A stretch of DNA of 40,766 nucleotides, taken from IMG/VR virus record IMGVR_UViG_3300032272_000034, positions 1 through 40,766 of that record; one strand, given 5' to 3'. Positions 19,651-28,474 of this stretch are shown piece by piece. The notes beneath the pieces were generated by a model that was given only the letters and a program-made list of their open reading frames with translations, did no database searches and was not told where the DNA came from. A program made the position numbers and the translations under genes. This stretch comes from a virus (lineage: Duplodnaviria > Caudoviricetes). Positions within the stretch are counted from its first letter, which is position 1, and each line of letters opens with the position of its first letter.

Positions 19651-20208
19651 TTATTTTTTTAGTTCTTTTATTAATATATCGTATTTTAGCTTAATTGCTA
19701 TTAATTCCTTTTTAGTGTATTTATAGACTCTTTTATCTATACTATCCTCTTCTAGTGTTTCTACAAACTCTTTACCAAACCTTTTAACTAATCCTAATCT
19801 GTATTGAATTTCGTTACCGCCATCATATCTGTTACACTTTCTACATTGCTTATGGCAATTTCTAGGGTCAAATATTAAACCGCTAAATAATTCAGCTTTA
19901 AAATAATGACCGCCATCCCATAAATCTTTTACATACTCATTGCAACTAATGCAAGGTAGTTCTTTATCTCTTAATCTCACCCATAATTGATAGCTTTTTT
20001 TAGCATCCATTTCATACTGACCAAGAGTTTTAACTTTTTCTTTTAGAGATTTCTTACGTTGTTTCCATTCTTTAGATTCCTTTTCTTTTAACTTTACTTG
20101 TGATATTTCAAAACCACATTTAGTAGAACACCATTGCACTAAAGAATTGTATTGTTCGAATGAGTTATTGCAATCTTTATTTTTACATTTTTTTATTTTA
20201 GGTTTCAT
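19651..20208 (-). CDS. ninG: NinG/Rap-like recombination endonuclease
   Basis: RLRD..PCISC, DGGHY, NCHKQCRKCN. Confidence 0.9.
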   Translation of the reverse strand: MKPKIKKCKNKDCNNSFEQYNSLVQWCSTKCGFEISQVKLKEKESKEWKQRKKSLKEKVKTLGQYEMDAKKSYQLWVRLRDKELPCISCNEYVKDLWDGGHYFKAELFSGLIFDPRNCHKQCRKCNRYDGGNEIQYRLGLVKRFGKEFVETLEEDSIDKRVYKYTKKELIAIKLKYDILIKELKK

Positions 20209-20269
20209 GTAAAGATTATTAAGTTTTCTTTACACATTATTATAACGTGTAAAGATTATTGAGTTTTCT
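20208..20269. repeat. Two 22-bp direct repeats (TGTAAAGATTATTRAGTTTTCT), period 40
   Basis: 20208-20229 and 20248-20269, one mismatch. Confidence 0.85.
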
Positions 20270-20274
20270 ATATA

Positions 20275-20688
20275 TTACAAGTATTGTTTGTTATTACTTA
20301 TATGTTTATCTATGCTGTAATGGTTCTCTTTATATTCTTCTGAGGTCGGGATGTAACACCCTTGTTTGCTTGAATAGTTTCTAATCCATTCGATAAACTT
20401 ACTAAGTTCATCACTTAACATTTTTCTAGTAGCTTTAAGAAACACAATACCATTCTTTTCGTATCTCATAAATTCGCAATCTCTTTTTAGTAAAGTCTTA
20501 GCTTCTTCTATTGTATAGCCAAACTCAATAGCAAATAAGGTAATGCAAACATGTAAATAAGCATTGTGCTTAACACTTCTCTTTGCTTTAATCTCTTTTA
20601 GCTCAATCTTTTTTTGCGTATCTAATAGCTTGCTAAAATAAGTTTCTGCTTTCTTCTTATCTAATGAGTTGGTTAAGTCTAGTATCAT
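20275..20688 (-). CDS. NinB-like protein
   Basis: KRS..HNAYLH and T..M...E...FIE motifs; adjacent to ninG. Confidence 0.6.
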   Translation of the reverse strand: MILDLTNSLDKKKAETYFSKLLDTQKKIELKEIKAKRSVKHNAYLHVCITLFAIEFGYTIEEAKTLLKRDCEFMRYEKNGIVFLKATRKMLSDELSKFIEWIRNYSSKQGCYIPTSEEYKENHYSIDKHISNNKQYL

Positions 20689-20948
20689 TTGTATTTATGA
20701 TTATTTTTATTTATATAATCTTCTTTAGATTTTCTTCTTAGCTTTTCGTCTTTAACCATCTTTTTAAAAGTAGCATCCTCTTTATACATATTATCCGTAT
20801 CAATAACGGTTTTGTAACTTATTAAATTTGTGTTTTCTAATAAGTGGTTCTCGATTACATTAATTGACCTTCCCTTTACTTTAAAAGTAGCGTTAATCAT
20901 GTATTCTTGCTCTCTCATATCTATAAATAATTCTGAATTAGCTCCCAT
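20685..20948 (-). CDS. Hypothetical protein
   Basis: ORF track. Confidence 0.6.
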   Translation of the reverse strand: MGANSELFIDMREQEYMINATFKVKGRSINVIENHLLENTNLISYKTVIDTDNMYKEDATFKKMVKDEKLRRKSKEDYINKNNHKYK

Positions 20949-21586
20949 TACTTTAATGTTAGTTTAAGTTTATCTTTTAAAGAAGTCATTGCAGTTTGTT
21001 CAGTTCTTGTTAAAGAAGTGTAAACAGTTTGTAATTCGGTTAATGTTTTACAAGCGTTTAATTTCTCGCTAGGTGTTATTATCTTAGGTGCAAATTCTTT
21101 CTTAACCTCCTCTAAATATCTTACGTCATCAAACTTACCTAAAAATATGTCTGCATTAAAACCTAATTTAGAAAGCGCTTTTGTTAACGCATCAGTTTCT
21201 AATTTCTTAGCGTAGTTGTCATCTATTTTAGAATGTTTATTATCTGTAAATATTTTGATTGAGTTGGTTATTTCAAACTCTCCTTTAGGAAAGAAGAACG
21301 TAGCCTTAAAACCTACTAACCCTAAAACACTATTTATAACTTCTTTTGCTTTAGTGTTCCAATCAACTAAATTTAAAGTTATTGGTGTGTTAGTTATAGA
21401 GTAATCTAATTCTATATTCTTAAACCCCCACGTCTCACCATAACAACCAAATTGTTCAGTAGCATTAAGTATTTGAAATTGAGGTGATATAGAAGTAATA
21501 TTATTGCCACCTACTTTTGCTTTCTTAGTGTAGTTTGGATTAGTCTTTTCTACCTTATTCCAAAGTTCTAGGTTATTTGTTTCCAT
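20948..21586 (-). CDS. Rad52/Sak-like single-strand annealing protein
   Basis: FG..G..WG and KKLETDALTKALSKLGF motifs. Confidence 0.7.
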   Translation of the reverse strand: METNNLELWNKVEKTNPNYTKKAKVGGNNITSISPQFQILNATEQFGCYGETWGFKNIELDYSITNTPITLNLVDWNTKAKEVINSVLGLVGFKATFFFPKGEFEITNSIKIFTDNKHSKIDDNYAKKLETDALTKALSKLGFNADIFLGKFDDVRYLEEVKKEFAPKIITPSEKLNACKTLTELQTVYTSLTRTEQTAMTSLKDKLKLTLK

Positions 21587-21587
21587 T

Positions 21588-21833
21588 TTATTTATTGTTT
21601 ATAATTTGTGATTGATATATTTTATAATTTTTGTCTTGGTAATATCCGAAATTTTTAGCACTCTCACTAATTAAACGAGCAGTAATTTTAGTTTTTTTAA
21701 TACCGTCTTTAGTTTCTTTGTCGTAGATTAAGTTTTCACGCTCTATACTTGCTAAAGAATTTTGAATATCTACTTTACCATTGTGTTCTACTATCCATTT
21801 TTTACTCATGTTAAATCTGTTATTTCTTCGCAT
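21588..21833 (-). CDS. Hypothetical protein (start may be at MSKKW)
   Basis: ORF track. Confidence 0.55.
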   Translation of the reverse strand: MRRNNRFNMSKKWIVEHNGKVDIQNSLASIERENLIYDKETKDGIKKTKITARLISESAKNFGYYQDKNYKIYQSQIINNK

Positions 21834-21935
21834 TCGTGGTAATCTCCATCATCGTATTCAGCACCACACAAAGCGCATGAAACAATACCGTAGTGGTTTG
21901 ATGGGTTTCTAGGGTCGTTGTTAAACTCGTTCATG

Positions 21936-22367
21936 TTATTTGTTTTCGTGTATGTTTCCTGTTACTTCTAATATTTCCTCGGCATCTAACCAAATATTAT
22001 TATTTTCTAAACTACTTTGTATAGCTGAAAAAGGTATAAAGCTACTTATTGTTCTCTTGCCGTCGTGTTTTAAACCTCTAAAACCAAAGCATCCTTGATT
22101 AAAGCAAATCTTCATATTTACAGAGTCTCGGTACTTCATTCCTGTGTGGAACTTTATCACATCTCCTTCGTAAATCTCTTTACCGTTCTTATCTTTTAAA
22201 CCTGTGTATTGTTCTAATAAAAAGTTTTCAGAATTACCACAAGGGTTGTTGTTATTAGTTCCAGCAATAAGTCCTGTAGAGCCATCTATATAGCAATAAA
22301 CTTCTACATAATTATTGTATTCCTTTGTCTTTAAATTCCAAGCTCTAAATTTTATTTCTCTACTCAT
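21936..22367 (-). CDS. YopX family protein
   Basis: REIKFRAW, QYTGLKDKNGKEIYEGD, EVTGNIHEN. Confidence 0.93.
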   Translation of the reverse strand: MSREIKFRAWNLKTKEYNNYVEVYCYIDGSTGLIAGTNNNNPCGNSENFLLEQYTGLKDKNGKEIYEGDVIKFHTGMKYRDSVNMKICFNQGCFGFRGLKHDGKRTISSFIPFSAIQSSLENNNIWLDAEEILEVTGNIHENK

Positions 22368-22504
22368 TTTCTTTTGTTATTAGTTTCCAATTTCTAGGGT
22401 CTGTTTTTAATCCGTCTAATATAGTTAAAGCTATAACCATGTTTTTTGCTTTAATAATTAAGTTAGAGCCTTTATCTCTGTGTTTAAAGTTGTATTCTAT
22501 CATG

Positions 22505-22690
22505 TTAAAACCATCTTGAAGTTAGTACTCTGGTAAAATTACCATCTTTATATAGTATTAATTCGCTTTTTGAAGCATCTCTTAATGATATCCTAAAGTC
22601 CGTAGTGCTTAGGTGTTTAATTTCTTTATTTAAAGAAGATTCTATTAAGTCCTCTCTTTCTAATAATATAACTTTTTCTATTCTTATCAT
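22505..22690 (-). CDS. Hypothetical protein
   Basis: ORF track. Confidence 0.55.
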   Translation of the reverse strand: MIRIEKVILLEREDLIESSLNKEIKHLSTTDFRISLRDASKSELILYKDGNFTRVLTSRWF

Positions 22691-22955
22691 GGTAGTGGTT
22701 TATTAGTTACTGCGTTATCATAAGGAGATACACAAGTATCAATGTTTTTGTTTGCTTTGTAAGTTATAACAACATCTGTTAATAACCTAGTTTCTTCTTG
22801 CTTTTTCATCTTGTAAATATTTGAATTTATCATGGTAAAAGTTCATGTACCATTTAGTTTGTTTGTGTTCTAGTTTTAAATAATAATACTTAAATCCCAT
22901 TACTAAGAAAAGTATTAATAGCACTATAATGATTATTAGTTCTGCTTTCATAATA

Positions 22956-23474
22956 TTAGTCTATAATTGTTTTACCTAATTGTTTTTCTGCTTCTTCTTT
23001 TGTAATTGTTTCTATTATCGTTGCCCATTTACCATCGACAAACAAGTAAGTTCTCCATCCTGACTCGCAAGTAAATACCAAACTGCCTCTTTCAAATCTA
23101 AATGAAGATGCAATTACTCTAGTGTGATCACTATTATAAGGGGATACTACCTTAACCCCTTTTTTAAAACCTCTTTTCTTAGCCTCTTTTATTAAAGCTT
23201 CTTTTACTTCTTTGTCGGTGGCTGGTCTTACTACATCAGATAGATACCATACGTTTTTGATTCCATCAATACGATACACTCTAGGGTCTCCAGCGTTGTC
23301 AAAATCATAAATTTTAGATAATTCCATAGTTACATCACCCATAAAAACCCAATCATTTTTTTTATACTCAGTCTCTTTAAATAACTTTGGGAACTCTTTT
23401 TCTATTTTTGCTTTCCATTCAGAACAAGCTGCTGCGTGTCCATCTTTAATAAATTGTTTTCTTGATTCTTTCAT
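22956..23474 (-). CDS. Hypothetical phage protein
   Basis: RPATDKEV..ALIKEAKKRGF motif; strong ORF. Confidence 0.7.
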   Translation of the reverse strand: MKESRKQFIKDGHAAACSEWKAKIEKEFPKLFKETEYKKNDWVFMGDVTMELSKIYDFDNAGDPRVYRIDGIKNVWYLSDVVRPATDKEVKEALIKEAKKRGFKKGVKVVSPYNSDHTRVIASSFRFERGSLVFTCESGWRTYLFVDGKWATIIETITKEEAEKQLGKTIID

Positions 23475-23607
23475 AATATTGTTTTTAATGTTAAAATTTT
23501 CCTCTTACAGCCATTCTCAGAGAAGTAAACACAATTTAATTGTGGATGAAATTGTATAACTCATAAGCTTATGTAGCCAACAAACCATTTGTTATTTTGC
23601 TACTTTA

Positions 23608-23841
23608 CTATTGTTCTTTTAATTTTATTAATAAATCTCTTTGTATAGCTGCTTCCTCGTAATTCTCTGACTCAACAGCTCTATCTAATTCTCTTTGCGC
23701 TTTTTCTATTTGCTTATCAATACTTAAAGTATCTTTTACTTTAGTGCTGTTTTTTAATTTCTCGTTAAATCTATCCATGAAACTAATATAGTCTCTATGT
23801 CTTTGCAATTCTTTTCTTTCCTCGTATCCTTCTGGTGGCAT
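23608..23841 (-). CDS. UvrB/UvrC-motif protein
   Basis: LDRAVESENYEEAAIQRD. Confidence 0.8.
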   Translation of the reverse strand: MPPEGYEERKELQRHRDYISFMDRFNEKLKNSTKVKDTLSIDKQIEKAQRELDRAVESENYEEAAIQRDLLIKLKEQ

Positions 23842-23883
23842 ATCTTTTGTTTTTAATTATACACCAAAGATGGTGTTTATTGT

Positions 23884-24063
23884 TTATATTGTTATAAATT
23901 CTCTTTCTACATCATATCCAAATACACTTACAAAAACTAAAGAAGAACAAAAAACTATATTCTCTCTAATCCCTGTTTCTTTATCTTTCTTTCCAGAAGT
24001 AAATCCTAATTCTCTACTACTTACTTTACTAGATTGTTCTTTTGTTAGTTTTACGTATCTCAT
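23884..24063 (-). CDS. Small hypothetical protein (59 aa, MRYVKLTKEQ...)
   Basis: Manual translation; directly downstream of leftward promoter. Confidence 0.6.
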   Translation of the reverse strand: MRYVKLTKEQSSKVSSRELGFTSGKKDKETGIRENIVFCSSLVFVSVFGYDVEREFITI

Positions 24064-24093
24064 GATATTTTTGTTTTAGTTATTAACTGAGTT

Positions 24094-24101
24094 CAAATCT
24101 A
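24094..24101 (-). promoter_or_regulatory. Leftward Bacteroidota -7 box TAGATTTG
   Basis: TAnnTTTG consensus at the strand switch. Confidence 0.55.
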
Positions 24102-24187
24102 CAAATACTTTTTAGATAATTAACTATAAAATGTAAAAAAAGTGCGTTTTTGTGTTTATTTATAATGATTATAAATATCGTAAATAG

Positions 24188-24218
24188 TTTGTTTATTGGT
24201 TAAATTGTGGTAGATTTG
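24188..24218 (+). promoter_or_regulatory. Rightward Bacteroidota primary-sigma promoter
   Basis: TTTG-N19-TAGATTTG, full consensus. Confidence 0.8.
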
Positions 24219-24245
24219 CTTAACTAACAATTAAAAACATATAAA

Positions 24246-24574
24246 ATGGGGCAGATAGATAAAATAACGAATTATAACATGGTTATTGAAAAAAACATAC
24301 ATATAAGTTTACAAAAAACTAAAAAAGTATACATATAGGTACAAACCGAACAAAGCATTCAAACATTGAGAATCCAGAATCAACTCCTTACGATGAGTCT
24401 TTTAGAGAAGTATATGATGCTGATATTCAGAATTGGAAAGAAGGTATTAAAAGGGGTAACTCTAATTTATTACACGACTTTTTCAATTCAAATAGTGATG
24501 CAAATAAATATCTTGACGCCTCTCAACAAGAGGATTTGGAGTTTAAATTCTCTAGATTCGTTATGAATAGGTAA
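24246..24574 (+). pseudogene. Frame-disrupted first rightward gene
   Basis: ATG frame stops after 30 codons; the -1 frame is open to 24574; imperfect ~31-bp tandem duplication at the break. Confidence 0.45.
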
Positions 24575-24591
24575 TATTTTAATAAAAACAG

Positions 24592-24612
24592 AAAGCCCCC
24601 TTTCAGGGCTTT
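24592..24612. terminator. Small hairpin AAAGCCC-CCTTTCA-GGGCTTT
   Basis: Inverted repeat between genes; short T tail. Confidence 0.4.
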
Positions 24613-24626
24613 CATAAAATAATAAA

Positions 24627-24869
24627 ATGGGGAATTATTTAGATGGTTACGAAAAAGAAGTTTGTGGACACTGCAATCTAAAAAGAACATCAGAAGGACA
24701 CGATGGTTGTATTGGTGCTTTGCTAAATGTAAAGAATGCTTGTTGTGGTCACGGGGAGGATAACATAGCTTATGTACAGTTAGATCATGATGATTATGAG
24801 AACGAGCCAAACAAGTTTAATATCAAAGGAAAAGATGCAATTAAGTATATAAAGGAAAATAAACTATAA
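24627..24869 (+). CDS. Cys/His-rich hypothetical protein
   Basis: CxxC, GHDGCIG, NACCGHG. Confidence 0.75.
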   Translation: MGNYLDGYEKEVCGHCNLKRTSEGHDGCIGALLNVKNACCGHGEDNIAYVQLDHDDYENEPNKFNIKGKDAIKYIKENKL

Positions 24870-25165
24870 TTAACATTTTTTCAACAGCACGAGCAAGAAC
24901 CCGTAGATATAGAATTTACTGAGATAAAAAACTTTAAAATAAAGGATATATTAGACAAGCGTATTGTATAAACTTTTATTACGCTCTAACGACGTATTGT
25001 ATAAGGTTAGTTGCGATAATAGAAGCAGAAACTTAGTAAATAAAACAGATAATTAATAATAGAAAATAACCCTTTAGAAAAACGGAAATTAGCAATTAAC
25101 TTTATACGTTGTTGTGCGCTGTTATTTTAAAAAGCCCGTTATTTTTGCAAAAAATAAAACCCGAT

Positions 25166-25912
25166 ATGATTGACATAAGATTAAGCGATAATTTAGAATT
25201 AATGGCAGAAATGCAAGATAACACAGTTGATTTAATTTACTGCGATATACTTTACGGAACAGGCAGGAAGTTTGATGATTACCAAGATTTAAAACCTAAA
25301 AGAGAATTGATTGAAGAGCATTACATACCAAGAGTTAAGGAAATGCACCGTATTTTAAAAGATACTGGAAGTATTTATTTACAAATGGACACTAAAATAA
25401 ATCATTGGATGAGATGTGTTTTAGATGATATTTTTGGATATAATAGATTTTTAAATGAAGTTGTTTGGTGTTATAGATGGGGGAGTAGACATAAAAATAA
25501 GTGGAACTCTAAGCACGATATTATATTATTGTACTCTAAAAGTAAAAAGTGGACTTTTAATGCGGATGAAGTTAGAGAAGAGTATGCTAAAAATAGTGCA
25601 ATGACTAAAAATAAAAAATACAACAAATCTTATAATGAAAAAGGAGCATTACCAAGAGATATTATAAATTTAGAAATTATAAACTCTATGAGTACAGAAA
25701 AAACGGGTTACAATACACAAAAACCTAAAAAATTAATTGAAAAACTAATAAAAGCAAGTAGCAACGAAGGAGATTTAGTTGCAGACTTTTACGCTGGTAG
25801 TTTTACAACTGCGGAAGTTTGCAAAGATTTAAACCGTAATTTTATAGGGTGTGATATTTCCGAAAAAGCTGTAAAGATTGGACGTGCAAGAGTTAATTCC
25901 CACGTAATATGA
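25166..25912 (+). CDS. N4-cytosine/N6-adenine DNA methyltransferase (beta-type)
   Basis: DLIYCDILY, TQKP, VADFYAGS; start revised to ATG 25166. Confidence 0.88.
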   Translation: MIDIRLSDNLELMAEMQDNTVDLIYCDILYGTGRKFDDYQDLKPKRELIEEHYIPRVKEMHRILKDTGSIYLQMDTKINHWMRCVLDDIFGYNRFLNEVVWCYRWGSRHKNKWNSKHDIILLYSKSKKWTFNADEVREEYAKNSAMTKNKKYNKSYNEKGALPRDIINLEIINSMSTEKTGYNTQKPKKLIEKLIKASSNEGDLVADFYAGSFTTAEVCKDLNRNFIGCDISEKAVKIGRARVNSHVI

Positions 25913-25996
25913 CCACAATAATGGCGGGCTTTTTACAATAATGGCGCACAACGTTAAAGCTATGCTTAGTGCGATTAACTTAAAACAAATATTATT

Positions 25997-26296
25997 ATGA
26001 AAACAGAAGAAATAGCACAATGGGTAATAGATAACAGATACTCTAAAAGTGAAAACAACAAAGTAAGTGATAGTGAAATGTACTACACTTTAATTGATAA
26101 GATAAATGAAGCATTAAGTATAGGTAGTGTTACCCCTCGTTATTTTTATGTAGTAGAAAAAAACTATGGAGAAGATTTAGAACAACTAAGTATAGGTTTA
26201 GAAACACTTGAACAAGCTAAAACTTTTAAGGATAGCGATTACCACAAAAAGAGAAACCCAAATGCTTTTATAGTGTGTACTATTAATGAGGGGTAA
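25997..26296 (+). CDS. Cassette protein starting within attC-like loop
   Basis: ALSIGSV = arm; stop TAA lies in the next TAAC core. Confidence 0.7.
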   Translation: MKTEEIAQWVIDNRYSKSENNKVSDSEMYYTLIDKINEALSIGSVTPRYFYVVEKNYGEDLEQLSIGLETLEQAKTFKDSDYHKKRNPNAFIVCTINEG

Positions 26297-26344
26297 CGTA
26301 TTGTGTAACCGAAGTATTGAATAAATTAAAACAAATAGATAAAA

Positions 26345-26638
26345 ATGAATAAAAAAGAAAAAGAGATAACTCTTGTTAATATGTTAAATTGTTATATTAA
26401 TGCGACAAATTTAACAAATAAACAAATAGAAGAAAGCGAAAAGTTTGTAGGTGAACTATTAGAAAATATTTCTGTTACACGTTGTTGTACGGAGTTAAAA
26501 GATAAAAAAGCACCTACTTTTGAGCAATGGAAAAAAGATAATTTTACATCTGAAATAAATATACATAAGTGTTTAAAGAATGGTAGAACTTGGGGAAGTA
26601 CTGAAATTTATAGTTTATACAATTGGCTGTACAAATAA
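26345..26638 (+). CDS. Cassette protein starting within attC-like loop
   Basis: ISVTRCC = arm. Confidence 0.7.
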   Translation: MNKKEKEITLVNMLNCYINATNLTNKQIEESEKFVGELLENISVTRCCTELKDKKAPTFEQWKKDNFTSEINIHKCLKNGRTWGSTEIYSLYNWLYK

Positions 26639-26709
26639 CTTTTAATTACTTACAACGTATTTGTGTAAGCGTTTTTGCGTGAATAATAACAAAACTAAAT
26701 AGATAAGAA

Positions 26710-27042
26710 ATGAAAAAAATTGAACAATATATTAAAGAAGAAATGAAAGATTGCCCTTTTACACAAGAGCAAGAAGATAAACTATTAATTGGTTTAACTA
26801 AGTTTTTAGATGACTTAGAAACCGAGCAATTACGTTTAAACGGAGTTGGGCGAAGTTTTATTCACGAACTTATCCAAAAAGAAAACGTACTAAAAACTAA
26901 ATTAAGTGAGAATTTAGACCTTTATAAAGAACGAAATAATATGGTTGAATACGATAAAACATTTAGCCAATGGAATAAGTGTAATTTAGTTTTATGGGAC
27001 TTAAAAGACATACTTTGTAGAATGGGCGAAGACATTGATTAA
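26710..27042 (+). CDS. Cassette protein starting within attC-like loop
   Basis: QLRLNGV = arm. Confidence 0.7.
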   Translation: MKKIEQYIKEEMKDCPFTQEQEDKLLIGLTKFLDDLETEQLRLNGVGRSFIHELIQKENVLKTKLSENLDLYKERNNMVEYDKTFSQWNKCNLVLWDLKDILCRMGEDID

Positions 27043-27103
27043 AATTACGCCCAACGTATTGCGGGTATGATTTGATTTTTAACGAGTAAATAAAATATAA
27101 ACA

Positions 27104-27430
27104 ATGAAAGAAGTAGAAAGAATTTTTAGAGCTGTATTTGGTGTTACAGTAGAAGATACACCAGAATTAAATAATGAGCAAAAGGGTATCATAGAGTATA
27201 TGGAGAACTATAAAGAGAATGAAGTTAAAAAATTAATTATACCCGATGTTAGCAAATGGCAATGGTTAGCTAATACTAAACCTAAGTTAGAAAATAAAAT
27301 ATACAACGTTTTAGATAAACACGGAAAAGAAGGTAAACTTATATTTGGATGTAGTGGATTTATGAATGAACCTTATTCTTTTTTTGATAGTGACTTTATA
27401 AAAGGTAGTGATGTAATTGCTTTTTGCTAA
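27104..27430 (+). CDS. Cassette protein starting within attC-like loop
   Basis: KLIIPDV = arm; stop lies in TAAC core. Confidence 0.7.
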   Translation: MKEVERIFRAVFGVTVEDTPELNNEQKGIIEYMENYKENEVKKLIIPDVSKWQWLANTKPKLENKIYNVLDKHGKEGKLIFGCSGFMNEPYSFFDSDFIKGSDVIAFC

Positions 27431-27520
27431 CGAATAGTATATGAAGCGTTTTGAGGAACGAAAAATGATTTTATATACCGTGTTATATACTGGCACGGTT
27501 TAATTAGTAAAAACTTAATT

Positions 27521-27979
27521 ATGAAATACGATAGCAAAGCAGATACTCTACTGCACATTAAAAGAGTAAATCAATTAATGACAGAAGCAGCAAGTGAATT
27601 GATTAGACGTGCCAATGTTCACGATAATTCAAAACTTGAAAGCCCCGAAAAGGAATTGTTTGACGAGTACACACCAAAGTTAAAAGATTGTACTTACGGA
27701 AGTGATGAATACAAAGAGTTTTTGAAGGGATTGAAAGTAGCCCTTGACCATCATTACGAAAATAACAGCCACCACCCTGAACATTACGAAAATGGCGTAA
27801 ATGGGTTTGACTTATTTGACTTAATAGAAATGTTCTTTGATTGGAAGGCGGCAACAGAACGACACGCTGACGGCAACATAATGAAGTCTATTGAGATAAA
27901 TAAAGGGCGGTTTGAATTATCTGAACAGATTTGCGATATTATGAGAAATACTGCTGTTCGTTTAGGATACGATAAGTAG
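27521..27979 (+). CDS. DUF5662-like HD-related protein
   Basis: HDNSK, HHYENNSHHPEH, EMFFDW. Confidence 0.8.
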   Translation: MKYDSKADTLLHIKRVNQLMTEAASELIRRANVHDNSKLESPEKELFDEYTPKLKDCTYGSDEYKEFLKGLKVALDHHYENNSHHPEHYENGVNGFDLFDLIEMFFDWKAATERHADGNIMKSIEINKGRFELSEQICDIMRNTAVRLGYDK

Positions 27980-28046
27980 TGCTTGTATATAACGTATTTG
28001 GTTAAGGTTAGTTGCGTGAATAATAGAAATAATTAAATAAATACAA

Positions 28047-28280
28047 ATGAAAGCAAATTTAAAGCAGTTAGAGGAAATGCAAAAAGAATTGTTTAAACAG
28101 CAATGTGATTTAGATATACAGAAAGCAATGTTAAAACACTTTATAAAAAAGAAAGAAGACGAGTTATTAACTTTAACCGATGTTAGTGTGCCGTTGTGCC
28201 GATACATTCTTTGCGATAAAGAAGCTGATGGAGATGGTGAATTATGGTGTAAAGACCATGACCTTCAAGTAAATAGTTAG
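28047..28280 (+). CDS. Cassette protein with C-terminal Cys/His cluster
   Basis: LLTLTDV = arm. Confidence 0.7.
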   Translation: MKANLKQLEEMQKELFKQQCDLDIQKAMLKHFIKKKEDELLTLTDVSVPLCRYILCDKEADGDGELWCKDHDLQVNS

Positions 28281-28474
28281 GCATTATGCACTCTAACTTA
28301 TTTGTGTATGGTTTGGTGCGATTTAAGGAAATAACTTAATAAATAAAACAAGTAATAAGAATGATAGAAATAATTGGTTAAAAAAGTAAATAGTAGCACT
28401 GAACTATACACGTTGTTGTGCGCTGTTATTTTAAAAAGCCCGTTATTTTTGCAAAAAATAAAATACGTACAGAT

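Noticed and set aside
23850-24250. Lysogeny switch with repressor at the divergent promoters
   Set aside because: No CI/Cro-like HTH or integrase recognised; lifestyle cannot be assigned.
25109-25165. Extended N-termini of the methyltransferases (25109, 28418) and portal (36561)
   Set aside because: Extensions translate the shared non-coding chassis or overlap the upstream gene; downstream ATGs fit better.
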